From Ministeria vibrans ATCC 50519 (Eukaryota; Protista; Filasterea): a DNA stretch of 64,000 nucleotides. The position numbers were made by a program, and so were the translations under genes. Positions 17,556 through 36,249 of this stretch are shown here, one piece after another. How positions within the stretch are numbered: the stretch's first letter is position 1; every line of letters starts with the position of its first letter. A model generated the notes under the pieces. It did no database searches, had not been told where the DNA came from, and was given only the letters and a program-made list of their open reading frames with translations. The stretch lies in contig CALSCP010000904.1 of the NCBI GenBank assembly GCA_943704425.1, positions 86,874-150,873 of the forward strand, written 5' to 3'.

Positions 17556-18897
17556 TTTGTGGTGTCTTTGTGGTGTGTGTGTGTGTGTCTTTGTGGTGTG
17601 TTTGTGGTGTGTGTTTTGTGGTGTGTCTTTGTGGTGTGTGTCTTTGTGGTGTGTGTGGCGTACACTTGAGTGCATCGGCAAAGGATGAGTTGAGCATGGA
17701 ATGGACAATGCTCTCAATGTCGCGCGGGTGTGGGTTGCCTGTGCAAGTGTATACAGCTGTTTCGTCCACCTCGTCAAATGCCATTGACGCAGACTAAACA
17801 CGTACGTGTCGCGTCAGACAATTGGTGAGTAACGTGCACAGTCAGAGAGGCAAGTGAGTGAGTGTTGTTGATCGAGTCTGAGTGCATTGTGAGGGCAATT
17901 GGAATAAACTGGTGTGTGCCTCGACATACCTGTAGCACATTGAGTGTCTTTCGCATGTCTCCTTGCGCCAATTTCACAAGGGCATTTTTGCCACTCTCAG
18001 TCACATTGACTCTACACACACACACACATACACATACACATGATGAATTTTCTCAATCACTCACTCTCATGTTTGTACGTCCGTACTTTTCCGAGTCAAT
18101 GACGTGCTGAAGGCGTCCCATCATCTGATCGAGCGGAAGCGGAGCAAACCGGAAGCGAGTGCAGCGCGACTGGATCGCCGGAATGATTTTGTTGACGTAG
18201 TTGCAAATGAGACAGAATCGCGTGTTTTTCGTGTACTTCTCGACGACTCGACGCAACGCAGCTTGCGCAACATTCATCATCGCGTCTGCTTCGTCGAGAA
18301 TCACCATCTTGTACCCAGAGCTGGAGGGGAAAGAGGAGAGTGAGTTTGAGCTCTGCACTGCACTGCACCGAAAAGAGGGGAGGACGCACCTTAGGATTGT
18401 CCTTGTGCTTGCAAACTCCTTGATTTGCTCGCGAACATTCTCAATCTTTCGACTGTCAGAAGCATTGAGCTGCAGCAGAAAGAAGAGTGTACAGTATTAT
18501 GGTGATCTCCCTTTGACTTCTGAGTGGGTTTTGTGTCGTACCTCCAGCACCATTTGGCCGTAGTGTTTGCCGTAGAGCTTGCGGGCAACAGCAAGAATCG
18601 TAGTCGTCTTTCCTGTGCCTGGCGGCCCGTAGAAGAGGAGATGCGGCAAACGATCCTGTTCGATGAATCGTTGAACTGCGAAACAGCGACGACAGAGAGT
18701 CAGTGTTAGCGCACGAACAACGCGGACACACGCTGCCCTCGGCGGTGCAGCGACCCCGCGCCGTCCCAGCGCCCATCCTTACGCGTGGCGATGATGTCGC
18801 GGTGGGCAATCACGTCGTCCATGTCGGACGGCCGGTACTTCTCCACCCACGGCAGGTTGCGCTTCTCGCTGCCCGACGAGTGCGCATGCAACGACAT
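17213..18897 (-). CDS. RFC5: Replication factor C small subunit (human RFC5 / yeast Rfc3 type)
   Basis: [68 protein letters not shown]. Confidence 0.93.
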
Positions 18898-19030
18898 GGC
18901 GTGGTGCTGACACTACAGGTGGAAACAAAAGTGCCTTTTTCACTTTTCTCAACAAATGATCACTCAGTTGAGTGAAACAAAAAGTTTTCCCGCCAAAATT
19001 GAAAATTTTTCAATGGGACGACACAATATT

Positions 19031-19819
19031 TTATTTGACAGTGAGAGAAAGACGGATGTTCATGGCAAGCAGTTCAGCAGTGAGATAGCGGAACACAAAG
19101 GGTACAGCAAGTTGTTTCACATGCGCATCTAATAAAAATAGAAGGAATTAAATCAATCGGATGTGTGTTGGAAAATATTTGGGCTCACCCGTCTTGCAAA
19201 TGCCACAGGTGACAGCCCATCGCTTGGAGATGTCGGGCTTCTTAATCACAGGCGAGAGCATCGACCCGCACTTCTTACACACAAATGTCTAAGAATCGAA
19301 GGCATCAGAAAAAGAGACAGAGCGCGTAAACACAAGCATACGAAAGATTCGTCTGAGCAGTGGAACAGACGGTCCTGCATCATGAAGGAGGCGCCGTGCG
19401 AGAGCAACGAATCACGTTCCATCTCGCCAAATCGAATTCCTCCTCTCCTCTTGCGACCCTATCCGACCCAATATTATCAGCAGCAAAACAAGCGGATGTT
19501 TAGTTTCAGAATAGGTGGGTCCAGCGAGTTTGCGTACCTTGACTGGCTGGTGGGTGAGACGGTCAACCGGACCCGTCGAGCGCACTTGGGCCTTGTCCAG
19601 GACCATGTGACGCAGTCGCTGGTAGTACACAATGCCCGTGAAGATGTCTGCTTGCAGCTCAGTGCCATGGTAGCCACTGCAGAGAAAGAGACGAGAGACA
19701 ATATGCGTGTGAGTCACTCTTGGCACTGTGTTGTGTCGACGGTTTACCTGTAGAAGCGCTCTGTTCCATAGTAATTGTAGCCAGCGCTCTTGAGTTGTTC
19801 TCCAAAGTGATCCACAGCC
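19031..19819 (-). CDS. POLR1B: RNA polymerase I second-largest subunit, C-terminal portion only
   Basis: [62 protein letters not shown], zinc ribbon [21 protein letters not shown]. Begins at an AG acceptor with no upstream POLR1B exons. Confidence 0.92.
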
Positions 19820-20205
19820 CTGTTACACGGTGTATGTGGGTAAGAAAAAAAAAAAAAAAAACGGACGAAGTTGAGGAAAGAAAGACAGATAGGGGTGCGC
19901 TGGACGTAGACTCGAATCGTGCTGGCTGTGTCGAGCGTTTGAAGGGGTTTTGGGAGCGGAAAAGAGCGTGCGGCAGGACATTGGAAGGGGTAAAGTCGAC
20001 AAACCATTGAGGTCGTCGGGTGACTCGTTTTGCTTGCGAATGGACTTGAGTCACATGAGTGGACGGACGGGACGGGGCGGCGCACGGAAGGGGGAGGGAG
20101 AGACAAGGAAGCGGATGCAGACATGGGCTGGGGTCGATTCAGTGCATGATGGTTGAGGAAAGGAGAGAGAGAGAGATTGTGTGTGTGAGAGAGAGGACAA
20201 CGCAC

Positions 20206-20301
20206 CGTTTTCCCATTGTCCGTGACGGCCGACACGATTTTGACGGTGTGGATCGCCGAGTCGTCCAGTGGGATCTTAGGGGGTGTTATCGACAAAGCCA
20301 T
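20206..20301 (-). CDS. PXK: PXK exon 1, displaced from the rest of the gene
   Basis: MALSITPPKIPLDDSAIHTVKIVSAVTDNGKT followed by a GTGCGT donor. Aligns by eye with the animal PXK N-terminus (MAFMEKPPAGKVLLDDTVPLTAAIEASQSLQSHT). Confidence 0.72.
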
Positions 20302-20510
20302 TCGAAACTGAGAAAAATTAATGATGAAATTTGTTAAATGAATAATAATTTCACTCACATTTCACTCTAGTATATTATTGTATCCCCTTTCTTCCTTCTC
20401 TCTTTGCTCAGTGGCGTTGGTCTTTACTGAGTAGTGAGTACTTTAGCCTCTTGCCGCTTGCGAGAGAATCGATCATCACTGTGTCATACATAACCTTCAG
20501 GACCCATTCC

Positions 20511-21389
20511 ATGGCTTCACTCACCGACACTCCGACTGAGAAGCTTCCTGAAGGCCTGGGCAGTAGCTACCACCTGAGACCTCACTTCAATCACAAGTAC
20601 GCGCTATCGCACAAAGGGTTTTCCTCGATTCTTCAACACTTTGTCGTCATGACAACCTTTTTTTTTGTTCTTGTTGCTCTACTTGCGTAGATTTCGTCCT
20701 GCCGCTGTCAAAGAAGTGATTCACAGGGTACTCCAAGACTCGCTAAGTGGGTTAAAATACGAATCGGATGAGTGTGGCAAGTGGTCAAGACAAATTTCGG
20801 ACACACTTCGAGATCGATTGAAAGGTACAGAAAAAGAAACATATTTCGCTACGCGCAATGCACGAGTATTCGCGTATTATATAAGTATGCATGAGTCCTT
20901 AAATGATATTTGTCCTTTGAAGCTTTTTCTTACAAAATGAGATAAATTGTCCTTTGAGCCTTTTCTTACAATACTGTCACTTTCGAAATGATCTCTTTGT
21001 CATCTCTTTGACTTTGATGTGATAAACAATAATAACAAGAAGAATACAACCCATTTATGAATGATACAGACACCACGCAAAGACAGAGCCAGACCGCCTT
21101 GTATTCTTCTTCTTCTAATAATACTTAATCACTTTCGTAGAGCTGAAGATGGAACGGTACAAGTTTATAGTACAAGTACAGATTGGTGAGCAACGAGGCG
21201 AAGGTGTGCGAACAGCATGTCGGTGTCTGTGGGATGCTGACACAGACAGCTACGCACAAGATGTATTTGTGAACGTGAGTATCTAACACTACAAGGAGCA
21301 ACAACGTGTTGTGTGATTATTGAGGTTGTCTCTTTCTGTAGGAGACATTTTTTTGTGTTGCCGCCGTTTTCGGAGTGTTCTACTACTGA
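20511..21389 (+). CDS. TCTEX1D2: Tctex1-type dynein light chain (IFT dynein-2 type)
   Basis: YHLRP..KFRPAAVKEVI, RYKFIVQVQIGEQRGEGVRTACRCLWDADTD, FCVAAVFGVFYY; four exons. Confidence 0.88.
21037..21116 (-). mobile_element. Intronic copy of the retroposon 3' end with an inverted second tail
   Basis: Same family as 17099 and 61580. AAGAAGAATACAA (21037-21049) and TTGTATTCTTCTT (21099-21111) form a 13-bp inverted repeat. Confidence 0.65.
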
Positions 21390-21457
21390 AAAGCGAGCGA
21401 AATGTGAATAGAGAGCGTTTTGTAAGAAGAGAAAAAAAAGAGAAAAAGAAATGTGTA

Positions 21458-24946
<3,489 letters not shown>

Positions 24947-25102
24947 CGAAACAGGTTCGCGGATCAAGGAAGAAGAAGAAATGAGTGGGAGTGCGCTGAG
25001 CCGCTGACTGGGCTGAGCAGGGAACGGTAGTGACTATTAAGCCGAACTCATCAAAAACCTCAATTCAATAATCAATTTTTTTGGAATTCAACAACAGCAA
25101 CG

Positions 25103-26248
25103 ATGGAGAGCCTTTTGAATGTACCATTCAGTTCGGTAAGAAGGATGTGACTTTGTTACTATTTTGGAGAATCAACTTGTGGACATGTCGAAATGTGACA
25201 ATATATGATACTGACTGTCTCTCTCTCTCTCTCTGTCTGACTGTCTGTCTGTCGCTCAGGTGCTCCGTACGCCCCCAATGAAGCTGCGTCTTCCTCGCGT
25301 GTCTGCCCCCTCGGTACCATTCTTGATTGTCGCTGGCTTCCACCCCCATTCGTTTTTTTTTTTTTTTTCTCTATCGCTCTTTGCCACGTTGAAACTGTCT
25401 CCTCTGCGCCGTAGGCCATGCAAGTGTACGCCGTTGTTCTTCTGGGATACTTCCTTGTTACAGCTGGCATCATCTACGACGTAATCATTGAGCCTCCGGC
25501 TATGGGACAGAAAGTTGACGAGCGCGGACGGATGCGGTAAACTTTCTTTTTCTCTTTGTGATGCGCTTTTCCCTATGAACGCGCCTTCAAGAGGCATCCT
25601 CAATGGCCCCACCCAACTAGTGTTGTGTGGTGATTTGGTGATGAGGCGAATCAGCCTCCGATTTGACCAATGGGTGTGTTTTTCACGTAAAGCTTACACA
25701 TCGCTTTTTACCTTAGCTCGATGGTCTTTATGGAGTTTCGCATCAACGGACAATACATCATTGAGGGTCTCTCTGGTGCCCTCATGTACCTTCTTGGCGG
25801 GGTGGGGTTTATCGTGCTGGACAAATCCAACGACGTGACGCTCTCGACGCTCACACGCAACGTGTACATTGGCACCGCCTTCCTGCTCATCACTCTCGCC
25901 AGCTTCTCTCTCCGTGGCTTCATTAAGATGAAGCTTCCGTAAGAAATCACCATATTGTCGAGCTCGACACACACACACTCTCTCTATCACTTTGTCTCTC
26001 TCTATCACTTCGTTTCTTTCTCAATCACTTTCTCTCTCTCTCTCTATCACTTCGTTTCTTTCTCAATCACTTTCTCTCTCTCTATCACTTTGTTTTTTTC
26101 TCCTCTCCCTCTCTCTCTCTCTCTTCCCTCTATATCGCTTTGTTTCTTTCTCCTCTCTTTCTATCACTTTGTTTCTTTCTTTCTCTCTCTAATGCTTCTT
26201 TTTTTTCTTCGTTGTTTTGTGCACAGGAACTATATGACAATTGAATAA
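25103..26248 (+). CDS. OSTC: Oligosaccharyltransferase subunit OSTC/DC2
   Basis: [38 protein letters not shown]; five exons. Confidence 0.92.
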
Positions 26249-26283
26249 AAGGAAACCAAATCACATTTTTTCAAAATAGTTCC

Positions 26284-28479
<2,196 letters not shown>

Positions 28480-28723
28480 CGCAGTCAAGTCAACGAAAAA
28501 GAGTAAGCGAAGATGACTAAAACCTGAAGATGAAACAATCGAAGCGACCTCTGACACACACTGACTGACACTATTACTGCAAGTCTGCCACAGAAATGAG
28601 AAAAGAGAAGAGCGGACTGAGATCATCACGCTGAGCGTCGAGTGAGAACTCTGAGAAAGAGTTAGAACTTAGATCGAAATAATTATTCTTTTTTTCTCTT
28701 CACTCATTCACATTTGAAATACA

Positions 28724-29376
28724 ATGCAAGGGTGCTGTAGACGAGTAGTAACCCTCCTGGTTGCGCTGGCCGTGTTTCTTTCCTGTGCTGCTCCAGCTTT
28801 GGCAACATCCCGTACGTCGAGTGCGCTTGTTACTTTCCGACTCACTCTCCTTCCCCCCAACCTCCTTGTAGCGGTTGCCTGTGTGATGCAAAGGCTACAA
28901 GAGCCAACTATTCGATGTGACGACTGCATTTCCAAGTCTGGCTGTGTCTGGTGCCCTCATCCCGTTGTACGAGAGAGCGAGGAAGTTTTCAAGACACCTT
29001 TTGGAAGACATAACGTCTCTCCTGTAGATCACATACGGTGCAGGAATACACTTTTCGTCTGGTGCGTGTGTCTCTGGTTCGTGGGATGGACCCAGCGACG
29101 ACCACCAGTGTGTGTATGACAATGTAAGACGCTGAACAAAAGACACTCTTACAGTCCGACAACACTCTCATCTTTCTTTCTCTGTAGACGGGTGCGATCA
29201 TTGTGTGTGTCCAGTGTCAATCGAGCAAGTGGTATTGGGGCGAGTGCAGCCTGATCAATCCAGCGCTGTACGGCATTGCCGGGGGCATTGCTCTTGCTGT
29301 CCTTATCGTCATTTCCGTGTGCCTGTGTCGCATCTGCCTTGCCCGTCGGCGCAGCCGTTACTACGCCATCCAATGA
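28724..29376 (+). CDS. Small type I membrane protein with a PSI-like Cys domain (PTTG1IP-like)
   Basis: Signal peptide, CDDCISKSGCVWC, WYWGECSL, TM GIAGGIALAVLIVISVCLC, basic tail ending YYAIQ. Confidence 0.65.
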
Positions 29377-29519
29377 GACTCAGAAGGAGAGAAGATTGCG
29401 CTTCTCTCGTAATGATCTCTGTGCCGCGTCTGTGGGCACTGTGTATTATTAGAATTTTGTTGTACGTTACAATTACTGTAGAATTTTTTTGGTCATCAAA
29501 TTGCTTGTGCTCTCCTCCC

Positions 29520-30122
29520 TCACGTTCGACCGCGAACGACCGGCGAAGCAGAGGCAGCACGAGTGCGACGGTTGACAGGAGATTGAAGCAAATTAATAGA
29601 CTGCTTCAGACGCACCGACGACTGTAACAGGCTGGAAATCTCCTGCAGCAACCAACAATCAACATCGAGTCAGCTTTCGACACTCACACCCTACTGGCCA
29701 TTGTTCACCAACCTTGAAGTGGGCCAGCGAGCCGGCAATCTGCGCGACGGCCCCCACCGCGTACTCCATGTCGTACAGCATGCCCTCCACAAGTTCGTTC
29801 GTCCCTGTCAACTCCCTCTCCTGCTCCGCAATTTCCGGAATCCGCCGTCTCCCGTGCTCGTGCACACGATACAACCCGATGCTTGGCTCATTCGCAAGCA
29901 GCCCGAGCTCCTCCAGCGTAGTATTGACAACTTCAAAATTCATTTGTTATCTTTTTCGTTTTCTCCTGCGTGCCACATACCCTTGCGACATTTAATTCCC
30001 GAATCCAGATCGGGCTGAAGACCGTGTGAGGGTCCGCCAGAGCCAATGGAGGGAGACCGTTCAGCCCGGCCCGTTTCGTCACGACGCGGACTCATAAATC
30101 GCCACTGAGCTGTTGCCGACAT
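29520..30122 (-). CDS. BORCS8: BLOC-1-related complex subunit 8
   Basis: LANEPSIGLYRVHEH.RR.IP and YDMEYA..AV match the BORCS8/MEF2BNB signature; three exons. Confidence 0.82.
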
Positions 30123-30589
30123 ATCCAGAGATGTTCTTGAGAAATAAGAGCGCGCGGGAGAGACAGCCGTCGCGACGGTCCCAGATCAAGACAGTGCTGT
30201 GGCATGTGTTGAATTAGAACATGNNNNNNNNNNGGGGGGGGGGCAACGTCACAAGTGAAGTCGGAGAAAGAATTCAACAAAATTGAAACAAACTTTGAAT
30301 AATGACTCCTCGATTCGTATTGGAACTTTGAAAGGTTGAAGGTTGAATTTTGAAACGAATGATGATACATTAACAACGGATCCCTCTTTCAGCCTCCACA
30401 ATCCACAGTCAGTCAACCATCAACAATAGTACATGACTCACAAGAAACTTGTCGGGAGTTCCTGTCACGTCTTGACGTGCAATCTGTCAGTTAGTACTTG
30501 CACATAATCTGTCAATTTTTTGAAAAAATAAAAGAGGGGGGGAAACTGTATACAACATAAGAATATGTGATTGGAAGTGATGATAACGC

Positions 30590-31581
30590 TTAGTCAGAGT
30601 AGCCCAGAGTGGAGGCGGAAATCTATATAAAAAAACATAAAATAAAACAAAGAGTCAAAAGCAAGTCGACGGAAGCAAACACGAAACGACCGACACACAT
30701 AGACGCTTCACAAATGACCATCCGGCCTTTTGTCACGACACTCGCAGTAAAACATACGAAACAACGAAAACACTGTTTGTTGTGCATCTCTTGGTCTCGT
30801 TGACTCTTTCTTAGTCTTCTTCTCTCTCTCTCTTTCTGTCTCCCTTTCTGTCTCTCACGTCTCCCTAAATTTCATACCTGAGGTCCAATCAACGGGTTCA
30901 TTTGTGCCATGTATGCACAGAGCCAGAAAAGCCAGAGACACACACAAGTCAAAATGATACTTGACCGAAAGATTCTAAAGGTGCATTCGCGTTGAGTTAG
31001 ACGACGCTACTATCCACACTGCAACTATGAGCACAGACCAATCGGCCACAGAGTGGGTGCTTGGCGAGGACACGGCAGCAGCGAGGCGCGACGAGCCCGC
31101 AACGGCCCAACACACGGACTTGTCATCGCCGCAAGCGAAAATCAAGAGAAAAAAAAAAAAAAAAAAGGGGGGGAACGCAGTTGACAGCAAAGGAACAGGT
31201 TGGCGCTGGTTCGTGGACATCGAAAGGTACTCTTGCAGACATACTGAACAAATGTCGCCGTCTCCTACTCACACTGATGACTGTGCGAGTAGAAGAGACG
31301 GAAGAAGCAATTTTTTCTCTTTTTTTCGGCATCCAAAGCACTGGGTGACACCACGACGAAGGCTGCGCCGGAGAGGCGCGCCCGATTCACTCAAGGAGCA
31401 ACCCCACCCCCCCGGCCCGACGGGCGCGGCATGGCGGGCGCAGGGAGCGCACAAACAGACGAGAAGATTCATACCCAATGTTTTCGTTCTTGACTTTGCG
31501 CGAGCCAAAAATGGCACCAAGAACGGCAACAGCTGCGAAGAATGCCGTGAACAGTACGATCACGAGGTTGGGCGACACCAT
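30590..31581 (-). CDS. ATP6V0E: V-ATPase V0 subunit e
   Basis: TM1 in exon 1; exon 2 IILTCVCLWLFWLCAYMAQMNPLIGPQ; short last exon ISASTLGYSD is inferred. Confidence 0.88.
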
Positions 31582-31785
31582 TTCGTAAAATATATTAAAA
31601 TATTAAAATTGTTTAAAGTTTTTGATAATTATTGATCTTTATTACTTTTCTGTGTTCTCTCTCTTATCGCTTTTTTTCTTTACCCAGTGTAGTGCTCTTC
31701 CTTACGACAAGAACACTCCCTGCCTGCTTCTGCATCCCTTTAAAACGCAACATACGAAAAAACACAAGTCACATCTCATATGCCG

Positions 31786-33329
31786 ATGAAGGCTCTTATC
31801 CTTGTTGGTGGATTCGGGACGCGCCTGAGGCCACTGACGCTGTCGATGCCAAAGCCATTGGTGCCTTTTGCCAATCGCCCGATGCTTGTTCACCAACTGG
31901 ACGCGCTTGCAAAGGTAAACGGCAATCTTCATTACAATGGCCGTTCTCGTTGCGATGGCGATCCTCTCGCCACAAAGGCTGAGCTGCTGCTGCTGCTGCT
32001 GCCTGATATCTGGTGGATGTCTGTCCACCCTTATGACTCGCCCTCCCACCGCTGCGGTTGCGTCAACACGGCTTGAGGCGAATCCCTACGTGTCATTTTT
32101 TTTTTTGCCGTCCTTCATTTTTCATTCTCGCGCTTGTTGTAGGCCGGAGTTGACCATGTGATCCTGGCTGTCAACTACAGAGCAGAAGTGATGGAACGCG
32201 AGCTTCGATGCTACGAGAAGGAGGTACAATTTGTCGATTCTTGTGAATTGAGTCTCATGTGTTTGCTATGCAGTTCAACATCAAAATCACCATCTCCCAA
32301 GAGACCGAGCCCCTCGGCACTGGTACGCGTGTCTTGAAAATGACATGGTGGTCCAAATTTGACCCCGCTTCTTTGTTCGTGTTTCTGTAGCGGGCCCTTT
32401 GAAGTTGGCGGAAGAACACTTGCGCGGAACCGAACCGTTTTTTGTGCTCAACAGTGATGTCGTGTGTTTGTTTCCCTTCAAGGAGATGGCCGAGTTTCAC
32501 TTGAAGCACCAACGTGAAGGGACCATTATGGTACGTGTAGATTTCGATATTGCTGCTCTGTTTTACTTCTCTATCACTTTGTTTCTACACTTTGTACACA
32601 CACGCACAGAGACACACTTATTTTGTTCTATCTCTCTCATTTTGTTTCTCTCTATAACTATCACTGTATTTCTCTCTTCCTTTTCTCTTGACTGTAGATG
32701 ACCAAAGTGGACGAACCGTCCAAGTATGGTGTCTTGGTGTACGACCAAAGCTCGGGTGAAATCCAACGATTTGTGGAGAAACCACAGACGTTTGTGTCGA
32801 ACAAGATCAACGCAGGACTGTACCTGTTTAACCCGGCCATTTTGGACCGCATTGAGGTGCTTATTCTGTGTCTGACTGTATATATCTGTGTGTGTTACTG
32901 ATGTACTTCTGTGATGGTATGTCATTGGCCTGCAGTGCCGCCCTACGTCGATTGAGAAGGAGATCTTCCCTGTGATGGCGTCTGAGAAGCAACTGTGTGC
33001 AATGGACCTGGTGGGGTTTTGGATGGACGTGGGGCAGCCCAAGGACTATCTGCTGGGCATGTCGCTATACCTATCGGCCGTACACAACGCCCAGCCCACC
33101 GACCTCCACTCCGGCCCGGGCATCATTCCACCCGTCATGGTCGTACGTGCCTTACACTAATGATATACATATGCACTTTCCTTATTCGTTGGAGTGTAGG
33201 ACCCTTCTGCAAAGATTGGCAAGGACTGCCAGATTGGCCCACACGTTGTCATCGGACCCAACGTAGTCATTGAAGACGGTACACGCACACAAAGATAAAT
33301 GAATAATAATAATAATAGTATAATTTTAA

Positions 33330-33381
<52 letters not shown>

Positions 33382-33390
33382 GTTATAATA

Positions 33391-33466
<76 letters not shown>

Positions 33467-33734
33467 GAAATGAATTGCTGATGGAGGAATGGATGTAGGC
33501 GTGCGGATCCATCGGTCGACCGTGATGGACGGGACAGTGGTCAAGTCGCACTCGTGGATCAAGCAGAGCATCGTGGGATGGCGCTGTCGTGTGGGGCGAT
33601 GGGTGCGCATGGAGAACGTCACGGTGCTGGGCGAAGACGTACAGATTGCTGACGAGGTTTATGTTAACGGCGGCCGTGTGTTGCCTCACAAGGGCATCAA
33701 TGCGTCCATTCCCGAGCCCGCCATTATTATGTAG
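31786..33734 (+). CDS. GMPPB: Mannose-1-phosphate guanylyltransferase beta
   Basis: [59 protein letters not shown]-terminal beta-helix. Confidence 0.96.
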
Positions 33735-33770
33735 ACAATAAAATAATCGTTTTCTTTTTTTTTTACTTTA

Positions 33771-35051
33771 CTACTCTTCTTCGTCGTCGTTTGGCACCAG
33801 CTGTGTCTCCACCAACACAATCTGGGGGTTCGTGAGGGCATCCCAGAAGGCAAGGACAGTCGTGAGCGCACACGTGACGTTGAACAGGCGCACAGGCAGT
33901 CGAGCAAACACGGCCACTAAACTGGGCACTGTCTCGCCAAACAGATACACTATCGCAAATCGCACCGCCGAAAATGCAAGCACCGAAAACGATCCCCCAC
34001 GCTTCTCTTCCGAGTTCCAGAACACTGTGCATCCAAAAAAGATAAACACACATCAACAAAACAAACGACGCCACTCACTCCGTTCGTTACATACCACTGA
34101 AGAACATGGGGAGAGCAATGAGAAACGAAAACCAACCGAAGACTACACAAAGACAAAGGGGAGACATCGAGATGAGTTGAGCGGAAATTCAGCCGCTTGC
34201 TTCGTCCGTGCGTACTGTCAGAGTAGAGTTCGCGATTGCGCAAAGTCAGAGTAGTCATCAGAAACTTTTTCAGCGGTAGCTCAGAGGAGCTCCACTCAAT
34301 AAAGACCAACGTGAGAAACTCAACAAGAAGGAGCAGGTTGAGGATCGAGCGCGTGGTGGCCAGCCATGCCATGCTAGCGCGTTCCTGAACAGCCAAAAAA
34401 AAAAAAAATCGAGAATCGTTATGAGTTATGACGTTTTTTTTTTGTTTTTTTTTGTTTTTTGCTCTTTTTTTTTGAACTTGATATGGTCACAAATAAGGCG
34501 ATTCAGGTGCCTTCTAATGGTGTGGCAGTTGTGTATCAATAGACCAACACGTACCTCCTCTTCGTCGAGGCGATCCAGGTCGAGGGGAGCCCGTACCGCC
34601 GATTCGTCGTCGCCGTCGTCGTCGTTTTCAACTTCGCTTTCTTGCACCTCCGCCTCCTCGCTCCCACTCTCCTCCTCCGCGCCTCCTTCTTCTTCTTCTC
34701 CGCTCGACTGGCTTCCAGATTCATATTCACTCACGTCGTCGGGTCGTGCGCCCCCGTCGTCGTCCACTGTGCGACCCACAATCAAATATCCTGTAACGTT
34801 GATTCGCTTGCTTGTTGAGACAGCCGNNNNNNNNNNCAGCCATGCCATGCTAGCGCGTTCCTGAACAGCCAAAAAAAAAAAAATCGAGAATCGTTATGAG
34901 TTATGACGTTTTTTTTTTTGTTTTTTTTTTTTTTTTTTTTTTTTGTACTCAATCGCTGAATAAGAACACGCTTGGTGCCTGAAGAGGCAAGGCCGCGTTC
35001 GCGTGCAAGACGGCGCAAGTCGTTGAATTGAAGGTCTTCGAGAGATGACAT
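33771..35051 (-). CDS. SAP-domain, acidic-linker, multi-pass membrane protein (fungal Gtt3-like architecture)
   Basis: SAP motif LEDLQFNDLRRLARERGLASSGTKRVLIQRL; acidic exon; hydrophobic segments LLLLVEFLTLVF, IFGWFSFLIALPMFFSVFWN, VLAFSAVRFAIVYL. Interrupted by an N-gap. Confidence 0.6.
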
Positions 35052-35271
35052 AGGAAAAGAATAAAAAGATGAAAGATGTAGTGCGCACAACAGACAACAG
35101 TCAACAGTCAACACAGAGAAGATAAAATTAATATAATAATGAATATATTTTATTATTGTTCTTATTGTGTTCTTATTCACACGTCCAAGAACCTGAGCAA
35201 GATAAATAACAAGATGCCGAAAAGATCCGGGCAAGTGATGGCTGTGATGCTGCTGGTGCGCTGCAACACAC

Positions 35272-35660
35272 TCATCGAGCACCACCTGCATCCGCCGAGG
35301 TAGGATGGGCCCAGCCTTCGCATTCCCGCCGGTGCGACGGCCAACACATTACTGTGTCACGCGTGCGCAGCCGTCCCACAAGCACAACAGCAGCGACAAC
35401 AGCAACAACAACAACCGCAACAACCACCGCTGGCCACGGAGAGCCCAGAACACTTCCGGCTCCACTGTGCTCACCCAGTGGTGTACCGACACGACTCGCT
35501 GGTCGGCAAGACCCTTGCCGAGGCACTGCGCGCGACCAACGACACACACTATGAAGTATTTCGTCCCCTGGGGGATATGTACAAACGCTTCATCGTCGCC
35601 GTCAGCACCACCCGATGATTCACCCGCCCGAACCCCGCGCTTCATTCTCCCCTTGACCAT
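35272..35660 (-). CDS. Small hypothetical or truncated membrane-protein exon(s)
   Basis: One frame gives a TM-like run PWPAVVVAVVVVAVVAAVVLVGRLR. The true frame and start are unclear. Confidence 0.25.
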
Positions 35661-36249
35661 TAATAAGTGGGTTGTAGTCTTCTTCTTCTTCTAATTAATA
35701 GTGAAGAGTAATACAATGCTTCCGCCATATAGGCTACTGAGATGAAACGACAACATTTGACCGAGATAAATTCCAGAGAAAGTAAGCGAACAATCAAACG
35801 AATGAAGCGAATGAAATAAAATAAAACACAAGTTGTCTTCGATCTGGGTTTGTTGTGAGCTCATTCGATTGTATTTTGATTCAGTCAGATTACGTGCCGG
35901 TACAGTGTACTGTCCGGGATCCAGTCGCTATCATGTTGTCGCATAATAAACTCGGTTGTCATGTGAAGTCAATCTTCTTCTTCTTCAACGTTTTCGACAC
36001 AAACTTTGCAACCCAATTATGGCCGACAATATGCCGCAGGAATGCGATACAAACCGTCGTGAAGACGATGAAAATCTCCAAATGAGGTAAACGAGAAAAA
36101 TACCGCTCTATTTTGGCGAGTGTCTCGAATCTGTCCATGCATCGTTAAACGTGAAGGATCTTTTACAATGGCTACAATACGTGTACCGTGTACTGCACGT
36201 CAGGGACTGTAGTGGAAAAGAAACGAGAGAAAACGAAGGGAAACATTAG

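Noticed and set aside
30167-30223. 57-bp copy of CIAO1 sequence (27212-27268) upstream of BORCS8
   Set aside because: It ends at an N-gap, lies about 3 kb from its source and follows GAGACAG, the end of the Tn5 adaptor. Most likely a mate-pair junction chimera from gap filling (inference).
34837-34925. Second copy of the ERASMAWL exon start and its intron
   Set aside because: It duplicates 34360-34445 next to an N-gap and is out of phase with the SAP exon: a misjoin at poly(T).
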